NCBI GenBank assembly: GCA_030295235.1
Contig: AP026136.1
Coordinates: 1,240,001 to 1,304,000 of the forward strand
From: Fistulifera solaris
Lineage: Eukaryota
Length of the DNA stretch: 64,000 nt
Direction of reading: 5' to 3'
Positions 1 to 12,430 of the stretch are shown here, in pieces. Each line of letters begins with the position of its first letter. Within the stretch, counting starts at the first letter, position 1. The notes below the pieces were generated by a model that had not been told where the DNA came from, did not search any database, and saw only the letters and a program-made list of their open reading frames with translations. Position numbers and translations under genes: made by a program.

Positions 1-1107
1 TTGACGGCGATGAAATGAACTTGCGCGTCACTCAGAGTTTGACGGCACGAGCTTAAGCCGAATTCATTTCAATTCAGTCAAAGCCATGGTTCAAGCCGGT
101 TCGAAGGGTAGCTTCATCGCTATTTCCCAGATAATTGCTTGTGTAGGAGAGCAAAACGTCGAAGGAAAACGTATTCCTTATGGTTTTAAGAAGCGCAGTC
201 TACCCCATTTTTCGAAAGACGACATTGGTAGCGAGTCACGTGGTTTTGTCGAGAACTCGTATCTGAGAGGAGTATCTCCTCAATAATTTTTCTTTCATGC
301 GATGGGTGGACGAGAAGGTCTCATTGACACGGCCTGTAAAACTGCTGAGACAGGTTATATTCAGCGCCGACTTGTGAAAGCTATGGTGACTGTCATGACT
401 AGGTATGACGGAACACTACGAACATCCTCAGGGCAAATAGTTCAATTTTTATACGGTGAAGACAAAATGGACGCATGGTGGATTGAAAAGCAAAGATTTG
501 ATTCGTTGACGCTGAATAAGGTCTCTAATGCTCGTTATCGGATGGACACTACCAACACCGATTTCCGTCTTGACGAACAAGGGTTACCTTTTTCTTCAAT
601 CCGAGTTGCTTGAAGACTGTCGCCGTGAGCCTGAAGTGCAGATATTATTGGACAAGGTGCTTGAAACTATTCGAGATGATCAAGCTACACTTCGCATTAT
701 CATGAAGTATCGCGAGCCCAATCGTGAATCAGATCCAACATCTTATGCTCCAGGCAACGTGTTGCGTGTGATCAACAATGCCATTCGATAATTTAGATTA
801 GATCGCAGCAAACCCAGCGACTTGCACCCCAAGCAAGTGATAGAAGCGGTGTCATCGCTACTGGATCGATAAGTAGCTGTAGTCGGTGATGACCCGCTTT
901 CCGTTGAAGCGCAAGCCAACGCTGTACTGTATTTTGATCCGCAGTCTTCTCGCCTCGAAGCGTGCTATCGGCCAGTTCCGCCCGACTAAAGCCGCGCTCG
1001 AATGGGTTGTGGGAAAAATCGAAACACGCTTCTTTGTGGCAAAAGTGTCTGCAGGCGAAATGGCCGGTGTCTTGGCTGCCCAATCTATTGGTGAGCCTGC
1101 TACCCAG
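1..1107 (+). pseudogene. RPB1: RNA polymerase II largest subunit pseudogene fragment (runs off left edge)
   Basis: DGDEMNL at 3-23, then [36 protein letters not shown] and AAQSIGEPATQ. In-frame TAA at 54, 284, 789 and ~870, plus frameshifts and a large internal deletion near 62-70. Homology stops before the expected MTLNTFH. Confidence 0.9.
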
Positions 1108-1729
1108 ATACGAGCCCCGCGTATTCCTTCCAATACAGTCCTACATCACCTGCTTACTCTCCGACAAGTCCAGCGTACTCCCCAAATCGCGAGGAGTGAC
1201 TGTAAGGGACGAAATAGGTCGAGATTTGTTGTAAGATGGACTTTTTTAGAGCAAAAATTGATAAAAATGAGGGTTCTAACGGGTCTATCTTTGCCAGCTT
1301 TTGTCACTTTAGAACAGCAGATAGATAGAGTCTTGCTCCCCTCGGCCGATTCGGTCCAAATTCAAGGCCTCCTTATTTTCGGTACTAAGAAAGAAATAAG
1401 TCACATTGAACTGAGTAATTCTTCGGATGGATACACTGATATATATTTGATTGCATAGATAAATTCAATCTAGTCGATTTGGGCTGAAAAGGTAGCTGTT
1501 ACAATAATGAGGGGAGCAATTAAATGTCTTAGCGGTAATAAATACTAATTAGACACGGTGCGACATAATGTTGCCATTGAGGCTGAAGGCGTGACTAAAC
1601 GTAATCAATAAATCGTCCTTGGTACCGGTACCGGTACCAATAAAGTACGGAATAATTGTCATTGTTGCATTTCGACACAAATGCATTTGGTTGCATCGCA
1701 TTACTTGTAAGTATTTGTGAAATCTCAAC

Positions 1730-2589
1730 ATGAATGCTGCCACCCAAATTCTAGTATCGACATCTTATAAGGATAAATGCAATCAATCAGATATTTCAAG
1801 ACAGGCAAATCGACCCAAAAATCCTTTAGCCGTGACAGCGTTGCAGTTACTCCAGCAAAGACAAGAACAAAACAATACAAATAAAAATTCTTTTCATTGA
1901 TACCGCATTCCGAAGAGCCATGGCTACGACTGAATTTCCCTGGAATCTATGAGTTGACGGGTTCTGCTGGTTCAGGCAAAACTCAATTGGCATTACAATG
2001 GGCCTTGACTGTCGCACAATCTCGAGACGAACACGCCGCGCCGCGTACAGTCTATTATCTCAGTTTGAGCTCGCTTTCACCCAAATTAGAAAGGTTAAAA
2101 CAGATTGTCACGGAGCAAAAGAACTTCTGTGACAGAAAGAACATCGAGGAAGCCGCCGACAGTTCATTGCATCGAATATGGACTCGTCGCATTGTACAAA
2201 TTGATGATTTCTGGGACGCATTGCACGAATTGACCCAGCGCACGGACGTACATGCGGTGGTGTTAGACTCCTTGGCGGACTTGTTTCGTGGGGGGGACTC
2301 ACATATCAATCATACGGAACGATCAAATCAACTGTTTCGAGTAGCGCAACAGTTGCTGCAACGAAATATTCCCTGTCTCGTGTTGAACCAAATGCAACTG
2401 GAAGATCGTCCTGCTCTAGGGATCTCTTGGGCTCATTGTGTGACACGACGCTATCGCATTATACAAGCAGAATCTAATACTTCGAGTGGTCGACTCCGGA
2501 TATTGAAGCTGGAGCATGCACCTGAATTTGGCTCGCAACAAGCGTCCTTTGAAATACATCGTGGCGGCATTATGTCAATAAATTATTGA
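1730..2589 (+). CDS. RAD51 paralog (XRCC3-like)
   Basis: Walker A ELTGSAGSGKTQL, Walker B VVLDS, VLNQ and PALGISWAHCV. The ATG 1730 frame encodes TALQLL and joins the 1897 ORF through a 1-bp indel in the T-run near 1891. Confidence 0.8.
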
Positions 2590-2670
2590 AAGCCTAATTA
2601 AAGCGAATCTATTAGTCCCAGCAGTTTGAAATTGAAACTGATAGCGTTATATTGATATATGTTCAAGCAG

Positions 2671-4284
2671 TTACCTAACCAGCATCGTGTCCTCGGGCAT
2701 GGGAAAGGACAGAGCAAACGCTTCGACGCGATTTCGAAGGTCATCTAGTTCGCTTTGTATCGACGCATCCGCCTCTAATAATTCAATAAAATTCTTCAAT
2801 GCCGCCTTTTCATATCGTTCCTCTGTCAGGCCTTGCACTCGTTGCGCCAGTTGATACCCTTCATGTAGAAATTGCGCAACTTTGTCGAAATCTCCCTCAC
2901 GCAGTCCACGGGTCGTCAATGCTGGTGTTCCTAAGCGCACTCCTCCCGGATTCAGGGCTGACGTATCTCCCGCGATTGTGTTCTTGTTGGTTGTAATACC
3001 AGCTAGTTCTAGCACCTTTTCTACTTTAGCTCCCGACAAAGGCCGAACATTCCACAGCAACAAGTGATTGTCCGTACCACCTGTAGCCAGTTGGTAACCG
3101 CGCTCCAGCAAACCTTCCGACAATGCTTGAGCATTGTTCACTACTTGACGAGCATACTCTCGGAATGACGGTTGTTGTGCTTCTCGTAACGCTACGGCGA
3201 GAGCACCGATCTGATGATTGTGTGGTCCTCCCTGTAACATGGGAAACACAGCTTGATTGATCGCATCCATGTATTTCTGTTTCGCAAAGATCATGCCCGA
3301 TCGCGGTCCTCGCAGCGTTTTGTGCGTTGTTGAAGTGACAACATCGGCGTAGGGAAACGGTGAATCAACGACACCGGCTGCCACAAGACCGCTGATATGC
3401 GCCATGTCGACCATGAACAAGGCCCCCACACTGTCAGCGATTCCTCGCATCTTGGCATAATCCCACTCGCGTGGATACGCCGAAGCCCCAGCAATGAGTA
3501 ACTTGGGCATAAACATCTGAGCCCGCTTTGCCAGTTCGTCGTAATCGAGTAATCCGGTACTTGGATTTACAATATAAGGCATCGATTCAAAGTAAACACT
3601 CGTCGCCGACACTTTCCGTTTGGTTGTTTGAAAGCCGTGAGTCAAATGTCCACCACTGGGTAAATCTAAACCCATTATGCGGTCGTGCGGTTTCAACAAA
3701 GCCGTGTAGACAGCAAAATTGGCAGGACTTCCCGAATACGGCTGCACGTTGACACCCCATCCTTCGTCGTCGTTGTCCTCGTGATCCGTTAAGTTAAACA
3801 ACTCCAACGCTCGTTGCATGCACAATGATTCTAACTGATCAATATAGACGTTTCCACCATAGTACCGTTTTCCCACTTGACCTTCGCTATACTTGTTCGT
3901 CAATCCACTCCCCAGAGCGGCTTGTACCGACGGACTGACAAAGTTCTCCGATGCGATCAACTCCAAACCAGATCTTTGACGCTGTTCTTCCGAAGCAATC
4001 AAATGGGCTACTTCCGGATCGTGTTGCTTGAGCAACTCAATGTGGGGTCGTGGTTTATTGGTAGAGTCTTGCTGCCGCAGTGAAGAGTGGTCATGGTATT
4101 TGTTCTTGTGTGATTTGTCGATATGCGTCGCAGCCGCCTCAGAAAGAGAATAGGATAAGAGAGCTTTCCGTCTATACTGCTGCTTTTGCGGCTTCTGATC
4201 CAATACCCATCCTGCAGTGTATCGAAGTGTGTGAAAGAAGGCAAATGCCTGCAGGAAGAATAAACGATGAACCAGTTTCAACAT
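2671..4284 (-). CDS. SHMT: Serine hydroxymethyltransferase with N-terminal targeting extension
   Basis: [25 protein letters not shown]-lysine motif [10 protein letters not shown] and GGPHNH. First ATG at 4284. Confidence 0.97.
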   Translation of the reverse strand: MLKLVHRLFFLQAFAFFHTLRYTAGWVLDQKPQKQQYRRKALLSYSLSEAAATHIDKSHKNKYHDHSSLRQQDSTNKPRPHIELLKQHDPEVAHLIASEEQRQRSGLELIASENFVSPSVQAALGSGLTNKYSEGQVGKRYYGGNVYIDQLESLCMQRALELFNLTDHEDNDDEGWGVNVQPYSGSPANFAVYTALLKPHDRIMGLDLPSGGHLTHGFQTTKRKVSATSVYFESMPYIVNPSTGLLDYDELAKRAQMFMPKLLIAGASAYPREWDYAKMRGIADSVGALFMVDMAHISGLVAAGVVDSPFPYADVVTSTTHKTLRGPRSGMIFAKQKYMDAINQAVFPMLQGGPHNHQIGALAVALREAQQPSFREYARQVVNNAQALSEGLLERGYQLATGGTDNHLLLWNVRPLSGAKVEKVLELAGITTNKNTIAGDTSALNPGGVRLGTPALTTRGLREGDFDKVAQFLHEGYQLAQRVQGLTEERYEKAALKNFIELLEADASIQSELDDLRNRVEAFALSFPMPEDTMLVR

Positions 4285-5108
4285 TTGCAAAAATGAAAAG
4301 AAAGAGCAGAAGTCGTCTTTGTGGTATAAACTAAGAGATGCTTTTGATTTCCCGAAATGCCAGCGAGCGGATCTTAATAAAAGCGTTAGTAGAAGATGGT
4401 GAAGGTGAAGAATAGATGATTGTGAAGTCGAAGTAGATGGTGTTGATTATTTTGTTAATCATTGACAAGGAATGAATACAATGAGCAATGAGGACGAGTT
4501 TCTGCGTCATTCGCGTCCATCCATCGAACGGACGACGGATCTACCAAAGATCTTCACTATTCACTCTACAGTTACAAAGTGCTGGTTCCTGCGCTCCTTG
4601 ACTGAATTTCAGTCACGATCGAAGAAATTGAAACAGATGACACGGCAACAACGAAGTCCACAAATGCTCGTACTAAGTGTATGATCAGATGTATGGGCAT
4701 TGATCGTGATGCAACAAATACCAGGTAATCATCATTATTCTTAACGTAATGTATCATCGTTTCTTGACTCCGAAAAGCTTTCGTATGGGTGACAAGCAGA
4801 CTCACTATAAAATCAAAGTGTTGACGACTCTCGCCTTCCGTGACTGAATTTAAGGAACAAGGAACCCAATGGTACTTTTTATTTTTTTAAAAATCCTTGC
4901 ATTTCGTAAAGATAAATCTAGTTAATATTTTTTACCGCTGTTTCTAAGGTTCATCTAATTTCATTCTCAGCTTGTTTCAATGAGAAAATCCTCCGCAGTA
5001 AAGCAAAACAGTAGATGCACCATTTAACATTAGGTTTTTCAATTGATAAATGTCGATAAATGTAGCTCGACGTAGAATATTATTAAAACTCAAGCTCACA
5101 TAACAGAC

Positions 5109-6053
5109 TTATGAGCCTCGGCTGCTTGTTACTTTCCTTCGAGCGGCATTGTACAGGGTTGTCAAACGTTTACGGTAGAACTTCCTCTCGTCTTGGCCCC
5201 GAATGAAGAGCTCGCGAAATTTGTTGTTTGAGAAAGAGCCGATACCGAATGCTGGAAGGATACGTAAGCCACGTGCAAATGAAACAGTCGCAAACTCTTT
5301 TCTGATCGTCGCAAAGCGATCGGCAGTCGTCGCTTCGGGAAAATTGAAATAGTCCATGGCGTGGATGTGTAAAGGAGCGGTTAATATTTGAGCACTCACG
5401 GGTATCGCTAACGCCATGGTCAATTCCGCCGTATTTCGTTCCCAGCCTCGCTCATGTTCTAAATACTTGGCTACACTCGGAGCCGCGTAGAATGTTGCAT
5501 ACATGGTAGCCGTGTCGCGTGCGGCAAACAGGCCGAACGTTCGTAACGGAGTTTTGCGTTTCGCAGCCTCAGGACAACCAAAAACTTTGGCAAATACGGA
5601 ATCTCTCCACGCCAATAAAGAAATGTTTGCCACAGCTGATGCCGCAACCTTTCTTTGCTTGCGTGCTTCGTCGTTGCGTATCTTTTGAACATCTAAAAAC
5701 ATTTCGGAAAGATTCGCAACAGCATAGGTACCGAAGTAGACAGCAAACGTTAAACGGAACGACAAACCTCCGAAGAATACGCGCGGCTTTGCTACCATCT
5801 CGTGAGTAGCATTCCTTATCGCGATGAGAAACTTTGCAGAGCCCGAGATATCTTGCACAATGCACTTGTCAATGATCGAAACTAAGGGAGACACAAGAAA
5901 GGACGCAGCAAAAGCGCACCCAATCTCTTTCGGAGCGCGTGTCTTGGCAGCCTCGATAAAATCATGAGGTCTTACATCCGAAAAGATGAAGGCGCGGTAC
6001 CACAAATCTTCCTGTTCCTCCTCGACTTCGAACTCCAATTTTTTGTTGCTCAT
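5109..6053 (-). CDS. Uncharacterised mitochondrial-carrier-like membrane protein, paralog A
   Basis: Intact 314-aa ORF with SPLVSIIDK, APLHIHAMDYFN and ARGLRILPAFGIG motifs. Two paralogs lie in the window. Confidence 0.75.
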   Translation of the reverse strand: MSNKKLEFEVEEEQEDLWYRAFIFSDVRPHDFIEAAKTRAPKEIGCAFAASFLVSPLVSIIDKCIVQDISGSAKFLIAIRNATHEMVAKPRVFFGGLSFRLTFAVYFGTYAVANLSEMFLDVQKIRNDEARKQRKVAASAVANISLLAWRDSVFAKVFGCPEAAKRKTPLRTFGLFAARDTATMYATFYAAPSVAKYLEHERGWERNTAELTMALAIPVSAQILTAPLHIHAMDYFNFPEATTADRFATIRKEFATVSFARGLRILPAFGIGSFSNNKFRELFIRGQDERKFYRKRLTTLYNAARRKVTSSRGS

Positions 6054-6526
6054 TTTTGTTACTACGTAAGTGTAGTTTGTAGATCTAGTATCGCGGCGAA
6101 AAAGCAGGGGATGATTGAATTAATATGATGATAACCGAGCCAAAGAGGAAACAGAAAACGCTGATAATGATATGCTTACTTGTTATGATCGACCCTTTGA
6201 TCATCTCAAGCCGATACTTGTAAAGGTAGCAAGATGCCGGAAGGTGCCGAAGAAAAATTCTCTCCCTTCGAACAATAAAACTGCGAAGAAATACATACGT
6301 ATAACGTACATACAAAGTAGGGACGAAACGATTTAGAGTTAGCGGCACAGAGGACTCATGACTGATTATGTTGTAGTCATGGCAAAAGTGAGTACTTTTA
6401 GTCTTTCTTTCTTCTTTTACAATTGATCCTTTGTTAGACGAGGTCCGTGCCGGTCCGAGCTCGTGCTTGACTCCGAAGTCCGAAGGCGGACACCCTGGAC
6501 CCTGGGGAGTCTGTCAAAAGTTCATA

Positions 6527-6795
6527 ACGTCATCACTGACGTAAGTGATAGATTTGCAGTAATTATCACAGACCGGAATCAAATGACCACGTGGCATGGG
6601 CAATGCGGCACTGATAGATTGATCTGATTGGCTTAGAAACAGCACAAATCAAATCATTTGGGTAGACTTGGTCAAGTATTACCTCATCGTTTCCGTCGGA
6701 AGGAAATCTTCAACTTGTTATGTGGTGACGTGGCGTCGACGTGGAAAATAATCGTACATACACAAACGAGAGGATTGTAGTGGAAATCTACGTCA
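6527..6795. promoter_or_regulatory. TGACGT/ACGTCA (bZIP/CCRE-like) cluster in a divergent promoter
   Basis: ACGTCA at 6527 and 6790; TGACGT at 6537 and 6726. Confidence 0.5.
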
Positions 6796-6882
6796 CACCA
6801 CATTCATTTTTACATGGGCACACCATTCTTTCCACAACTTTGTCAAACGTTTCAAGATTTTGCATTTCTCTGATCAATCAAG

Positions 6883-7827
6883 ATGAACAACAACCCGAAA
6901 CTGGAATTCAGTGCTGAAGAGGAGGAAGAGGCCCCTTGGTACCGCGCCTTCATCTTTTCGGATGTAAGACCTCATGATTTTATCGAGGCTGCCAAGACAC
7001 GCGCTCCGAAAGAGATTGGGTGCGCTTTTGCTGCGTCCTTTCTTGTGTCTCCCTTAGTTTCGATCATTGACAAGTGCATTGTGCAAGATATCTCAGGGTC
7101 AGGCAAGTTCATAGACGCTATTAAGAAAGCGTCTCATGAAATGGTTGCGCAGCCACGCACTTTCTTCGGTGGCTTGTCCTTCCGTTTGACATTTGCTGTC
7201 TATTTCGGGACCTATGCTGTTGCCAACCTTGCTGAAATGTTCCTCGATGTACAAAAGATTCGCGATGATGAGACCCGTAAGCAAAGAAAGGTCGCGGCGT
7301 CGGCTGTGGCGAACATTTCCTTGCTAGCATGGCGTGATTCCGTCTTTGCCAAGGCGTTCGGTAATGCGGAGGCTGCTAAACGGAAGACTCCCTTGCGTAC
7401 CTTCGGTTTGTTTGCTGCCCGTGATACAGCCACCATGTACGCTACATTCTATGCTGCTCCTCGGGCTGCCAAGTACTTGGAGCATGAGCGAGGTTGGGAG
7501 CGTAACACAGCGGAATTGTCCATGGCGTTGGCGATTCCTGTTGCCACTCAAGTCTTGACTGCCCCGATTCACATTCACGCCATGGACTACTTCAATGTTC
7601 CTAAGGCAACTACCGCTGAACGCTTTGCTACAATCAAGAAAGAGTTCAACACCGTCTCTTTCGCACGCGGTCTGCGTATTCTTCCCGCATTCGGTATCGG
7701 TTCTTTCTCCAACAACAAATTCCGTGAGTTGTTTATCCGGGGACAAGACGAATCCAAGTTTTATCGTAAGCGCTTGACGACCTTGTATGATGCCGCGAGA
7801 AGAAATACTACCAAGGCCTCCAACTAG
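6883..7827 (+). CDS. Uncharacterised mitochondrial-carrier-like membrane protein, paralog B
   Basis: Intact 314-aa ORF, highly similar and head-to-head to paralog A. Confidence 0.75.
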   Translation: MNNNPKLEFSAEEEEEAPWYRAFIFSDVRPHDFIEAAKTRAPKEIGCAFAASFLVSPLVSIIDKCIVQDISGSGKFIDAIKKASHEMVAQPRTFFGGLSFRLTFAVYFGTYAVANLAEMFLDVQKIRDDETRKQRKVAASAVANISLLAWRDSVFAKAFGNAEAAKRKTPLRTFGLFAARDTATMYATFYAAPRAAKYLEHERGWERNTAELSMALAIPVATQVLTAPIHIHAMDYFNVPKATTAERFATIKKEFNTVSFARGLRILPAFGIGSFSNNKFRELFIRGQDESKFYRKRLTTLYDAARRNTTKASN

Positions 7828-8498
7828 TTGGCCGAAATACACCCTTTTCGAGCTAGTTTTTACTTGTTTCTAATTTTATCAGAAAATCAAACGTTCACTT
7901 ATCCACATCAAGATCTGCTCAATCAAGTATCCTAACCATCTTCTAGCAGGTGAATATAGCTCCAGCGATCACCAAAGCTCCCTAAGACGCTTAGCGCTAA
8001 ATTTTCTTTGTTTCCAAAAAATGGAGATAAGGCAGAAGTCGCTTGTTTACACAAGATCTAGATTTAATAGATAATCCATCTTTATTAATATCCATGCCAC
8101 TAGGGCATAGGTTAAAGAGATAACTACGACGCAATCAATCTGAGTTTCAGTTTTCTGTGGACTAGAGAGGTGCCTAGTTTAGTCAATCGTGCGTGCGGAA
8201 GGAAGGTCTGAGGTCGGAGTGGAAGATTCACTTTAGCAAATTAAGAACTATTCGACTACACTATCGTTTAGTGTACTCGCGCTGTTCAACGGATGCATAC
8301 TTTGTATCCAATCGAAGCGCAACGTCTCGCGTTAACCTCGTCCGCTAAACACAATGATGAAGACTTGCGCTTTATCTTGTTTGTTGCTCCGGTAATATTT
8401 CATTTGCGCAGCTTGCATTTCATTATTAAGTCACGTTGCAAGTTTACGTGTATTTGTAGCAAAAAAGTATTTGACTTGCGAGAAGCGGAAAGAAAACG

Positions 8499-11400
8499 AT
8501 GGCGATGAGTTACGTGCCGACGGAAGAGGAAGTGGTGCGTATTTTGTTAGCTGATAGCAAATCGCTCATTGAGCAACAAGCAAAGTCCCTCTCACCTTCT
8601 TTGCGCTCTGATTAATATTGAATCCAGCCTTATTACAATTCCCTCTTCGCGATGGCGGATACTCAACGAGGTGGCTTGGTCGGAGGCGCTCAGGCTAAGC
8701 AATTCTTCTCTCGGTCTACGCTACCGGAAGAAGTGCTCAAGAACGTTTGGACGATCGCAGATCAACCCACGACGAATTCATTGGATAGGCCGAAATTCGC
8801 TGTAGCAGTAAGACTCATTCAACTCATTCAAAATGGAGTGAAAGGTCAAGGAACGGATTTGCGAGCCCCGGAAGGAGTCGTTTTGAAGCCTGCGTTTTTT
8901 GAAGGAGTGCCTTTGCCTCCTACGGAAGCTCCTCCTCAACAGCAGCAAACGCAGCAACCAGCCCCTCCTGCTCAGCAAATGCAGCAGGCGCAGCCACTGG
9001 ATATGCCCCTTCGCCCTCCGATGCATCAGCAACAGCCACCGCCCGGACCACCCCACGATAATCGAGCTTTGACAGTTCAAGATCCTTATATGCTAAGTCC
9101 TACCGAACAGGCTCGCTACGAGGAACTTTTCCCCGCATATGCTCAACCAGATGGTTTTGTTTACGGAAAGGAAGCTGTGGAACTCTTCTTCAAATCGGGT
9201 GTCCCTAAAATTGATCTAGCAGCAATCTGGAAAATGGTGGATGAACCTGTCGACAATCGTTTGGATAAATTGGAGTTTGCCATGGCAATGCACTTGATTG
9301 TTTGTGTGTCGAGAAAGAACTTACCGATGCCTCCGTCCTTGCCGATTTCACTGAAACAACTTAGGTCGCAACGTCCTCAGCAGTCTCCTGGATTGTCACC
9401 CCAACCTACATTACCCGTGGCAAATGCCATTTCTTCCCCGCAAATGCAACCGAAACAGGGCATTCTCCCTCCACCCATGCAGTCGCAGCCGGGCATGGGT
9501 ATGCCGCCTCCGCAAATGCAGCCTCAGCAGGGTATGGGAATGCCTCCTCCGCATTTGCAGCCTCAGCAGGGTATGGGAATGTCTCCTCCGCATATGCAGC
9601 CTCAGCAGGGTATGGGAATGCCTCCTCCGCATATGCAGCCACAACCACCTCTGGGCGTGGGCATGCCTCCCCCGCAAATGCAGCCACAGAAGAGTATGGG
9701 AATGAATCCTCTGCAAAGGATGCAACCGCTACAGGAGGGTACCGGTGTGCCTTCTCCGCCGATGCAGCCACAACAGGCGATGGGCACGCCCCTCCACAAA
9801 TGATGCAACAACCTAGTTCGCCCAAACCCAACATGCAACCCCCTCCGCAATCCATTCCGAGTCCGTCTAGAGGTTCCATGGGTATGGGCATGCCTCCTCC
9901 GCCCTTGCAGTCTTGGAGTGCACCTTCTATGGAGCAAAGTCACATGAAGCACGAAAGCATTGGAGGGAATGTGTCTGTCATGTCGCAGTTATCGGCACCG
10001 CCGCCGTTGCCTTCCGGCGGAGCAAGCATATCGGATGCCTTCGATGGATTAGATGGCATGGGATCTGGACCGACCGACATGAATAGTTACTTGGCGTCAG
10101 CGCCACCCGTACACACCGTATCGTCCATTGATGCCGCGAATCAACAGGAAGAAGCCCTTGTACCTCCATCTGCACCCGTCACAATGCAGCCAGAGTTGCC
10201 CTCGCCTCAGGTCAAACCTCATTTCGAAATGCCGCCGCACATGCGCTCGGGGATGCCGGCAACCGGTCTCAGTACCACTTCTGAAAGTCAAGACCTGGAA
10301 CAACTAAGGGAACTTTTGCAAAAACTTCAGGCAGAAAATATTGCACTTAAAGCTCAGATGGGTCATCTCGCCGAGGAAGAGTCTGTTGTTACTAAGCAGG
10401 TTTCCCAAACAGCTGCAGAGCTAAGTCAGTTATCCAGTCAGCTCACTCAAGTTCGGGCGCAAATGCTCGCCAGTAAGGCACGTCTGATGGAGGCAACGGC
10501 GGAACTAAACGTCGCCAAAGAGCGAAAAGGGTACGTGTGACTGGATTGATCGTGGAAGTAATAATGCGTAAGAATAGCCCGAGAACTAACTTTAACAACC
10601 GTTCTAGTGTGATCCAAGATTTGATTACAGAAGTGTCATCTACGAGAGAGGCGATTGACGATGCTACACGAGGGGTAGAAGAGAGTCTGCAACAAGTTAA
10701 GCTCCAATCCGTTCCGCCGCCCTTGCCTCAAACGAACTCTCTTGAGGGAGACCTCTTTGGGTTTGATGCTGCGCCAGCTCCTGCCCCGGCGCTTGAAGAA
10801 ACTGCTGTACCGGAGCCGCCTAGCCGTTATGATTCTTCACAATACACGGCTCCTAAGGAACCGATGCAATCCCAGGGGCACCAGGACAACTTTATTCAAA
10901 CGGCGCCGTCTCAGGCGTCATACGACGACAGCATTAACGGCCACCACAAACGTGAGAATTCTTCTGGTTGGTTTTCTGGCGGAATTATGGGTGGAGAGTT
11001 CGGTGGGGCGATGGGACAGGCCACCAGTGCGCCTTTGTCACTGAACGCTAGCGCGGGGAATGTGCTCTCGCCCCAAGCTATCAATGAGTTGAAAGCAAAG
11101 CACAGAGAGGCTGAGAATGTAGCTCGCGACGCTGAAGAATCCCGGCGTCAAATTGTTGCCCAAACGGATGAGCTCAGGCGTTTGGCCGACGAGGCCGAAA
11201 AGAACTTAAGAGAATACTCGAAAGAAACCGATGAAAAAAAGAAGAAGAAAGGGATGTTTGGAGGTGGACGAGGGAAAAGAAGGATGAGGTACGTTCGCCG
11301 ATCAAATCTTGTTTTACATGCTAAGCACGGTGTCTAATTTAAGAATTATATTTGATGGCAGAAACATGCTAGCGATCTAGCAGAGGATGCCCGAACGAAG

Positions 11401-11767
11401 AAGGAAGCTTTTCTGCAGGCACAATCACAGCTGAATGACGCAATTTCACTGGCAAAAGACACGAAAGCCGAAGTAGAAAGATTGGCGAAGGAGATTGAAG
11501 ATGCTGAGATTTCTGCAGCGTCTGCAGCGTCGATGGAATCGGCACCGCCCGCAACATCAGCCGCAATCGACTTTACCGTCTTATAACCCTCCTGCCGAGA
11601 GCCAATCTCAACCACCTAATTACGGCGGCTATTCGGAGAGCCCATACGGTGTCATGGGAGGGCCTTCGAACTCACCCTACAATCCTTCTGTCATGGGTGG
11701 AGGCGGCTTTGAGATCCCCACACCAAGTGCTACTTACGATGTATACGACAACCCTTTTGCATCTTAG
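8499..11767 (+). CDS. EH-domain endocytic scaffold (Eps15/intersectin-like)
   Basis: Two EH domains (LPEEVLKNVWTIAD; LAAIWKMVD...EFAMAMHLI), a P/Q/M-rich region, coiled coils and a terminal NPF. Introns at 8535-8627, 10531-10607 and 11289-11361. Apparent 1-bp indels near 9790, 11277 and 11549. Confidence 0.85.
9485..9805 (+). repeat. 39-bp coding minisatellite (QPQQGMGMPPPHM)n
   Basis: Units of cagcctcagcagggtatgggaatgcctcctccgcatatg, near-perfect at ~9519-9640 and degenerate on both sides. Confidence 0.9.
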
Positions 11768-12430
11768 TCATCGTCAACTGAACTTCAAGGATTGTAATTA
11801 GTCGGAAACCGTATCAGTTGATGCTCTTTCCACATGACAACGGTTATAGTTATAGGCTAGTTTAGTAAATATCGTGGCCAAGATCCGCTGTAATCGTCGT
11901 TTATAATCGAAGGTTGCTCGCAATTGGTTGTTCGTCGTGCTTGAAGCAACGGTCTAGAGCAAATAAATCGCGGTGGGTCATGCTGGCAACTCTCACACGA
12001 AGAAAATATTCGGTAACAAAGAGTTCATGACTGAATTCCAGTCGTGGTATCTTTGACACTAACCTTGGTACATTTCTCTACGGGGTCTACATGAAAGTAC
12101 CCAATTTCCAGCACTTCCAGTTTGATCTATAGTACGGAGTAATTTTTGAAGGCCTTCTATACGCTTTACACGTGTCACCAAGTACCTCTGTTCGTGCTAT
12201 TCTCCGTGTCATTTCGTCGTTTCATTCTTCGCTATCAATCCAAATATCCTTTCTAATACTGAAAGAGTCGCTCATTCCTTCCCCTCAAAGATTTTTTTTC
12301 TCCTATGAATTAGCGGGGCATGCCCGTTGGCAAGTGAGGTTACTTTGAGATTTTACGTCAAAAAAAATCGGTCCATCTTGCGTTTCCGCTGTGTTCTGTA
12401 CCAATTCATCACAGCAGACGTCCAGCTAGA

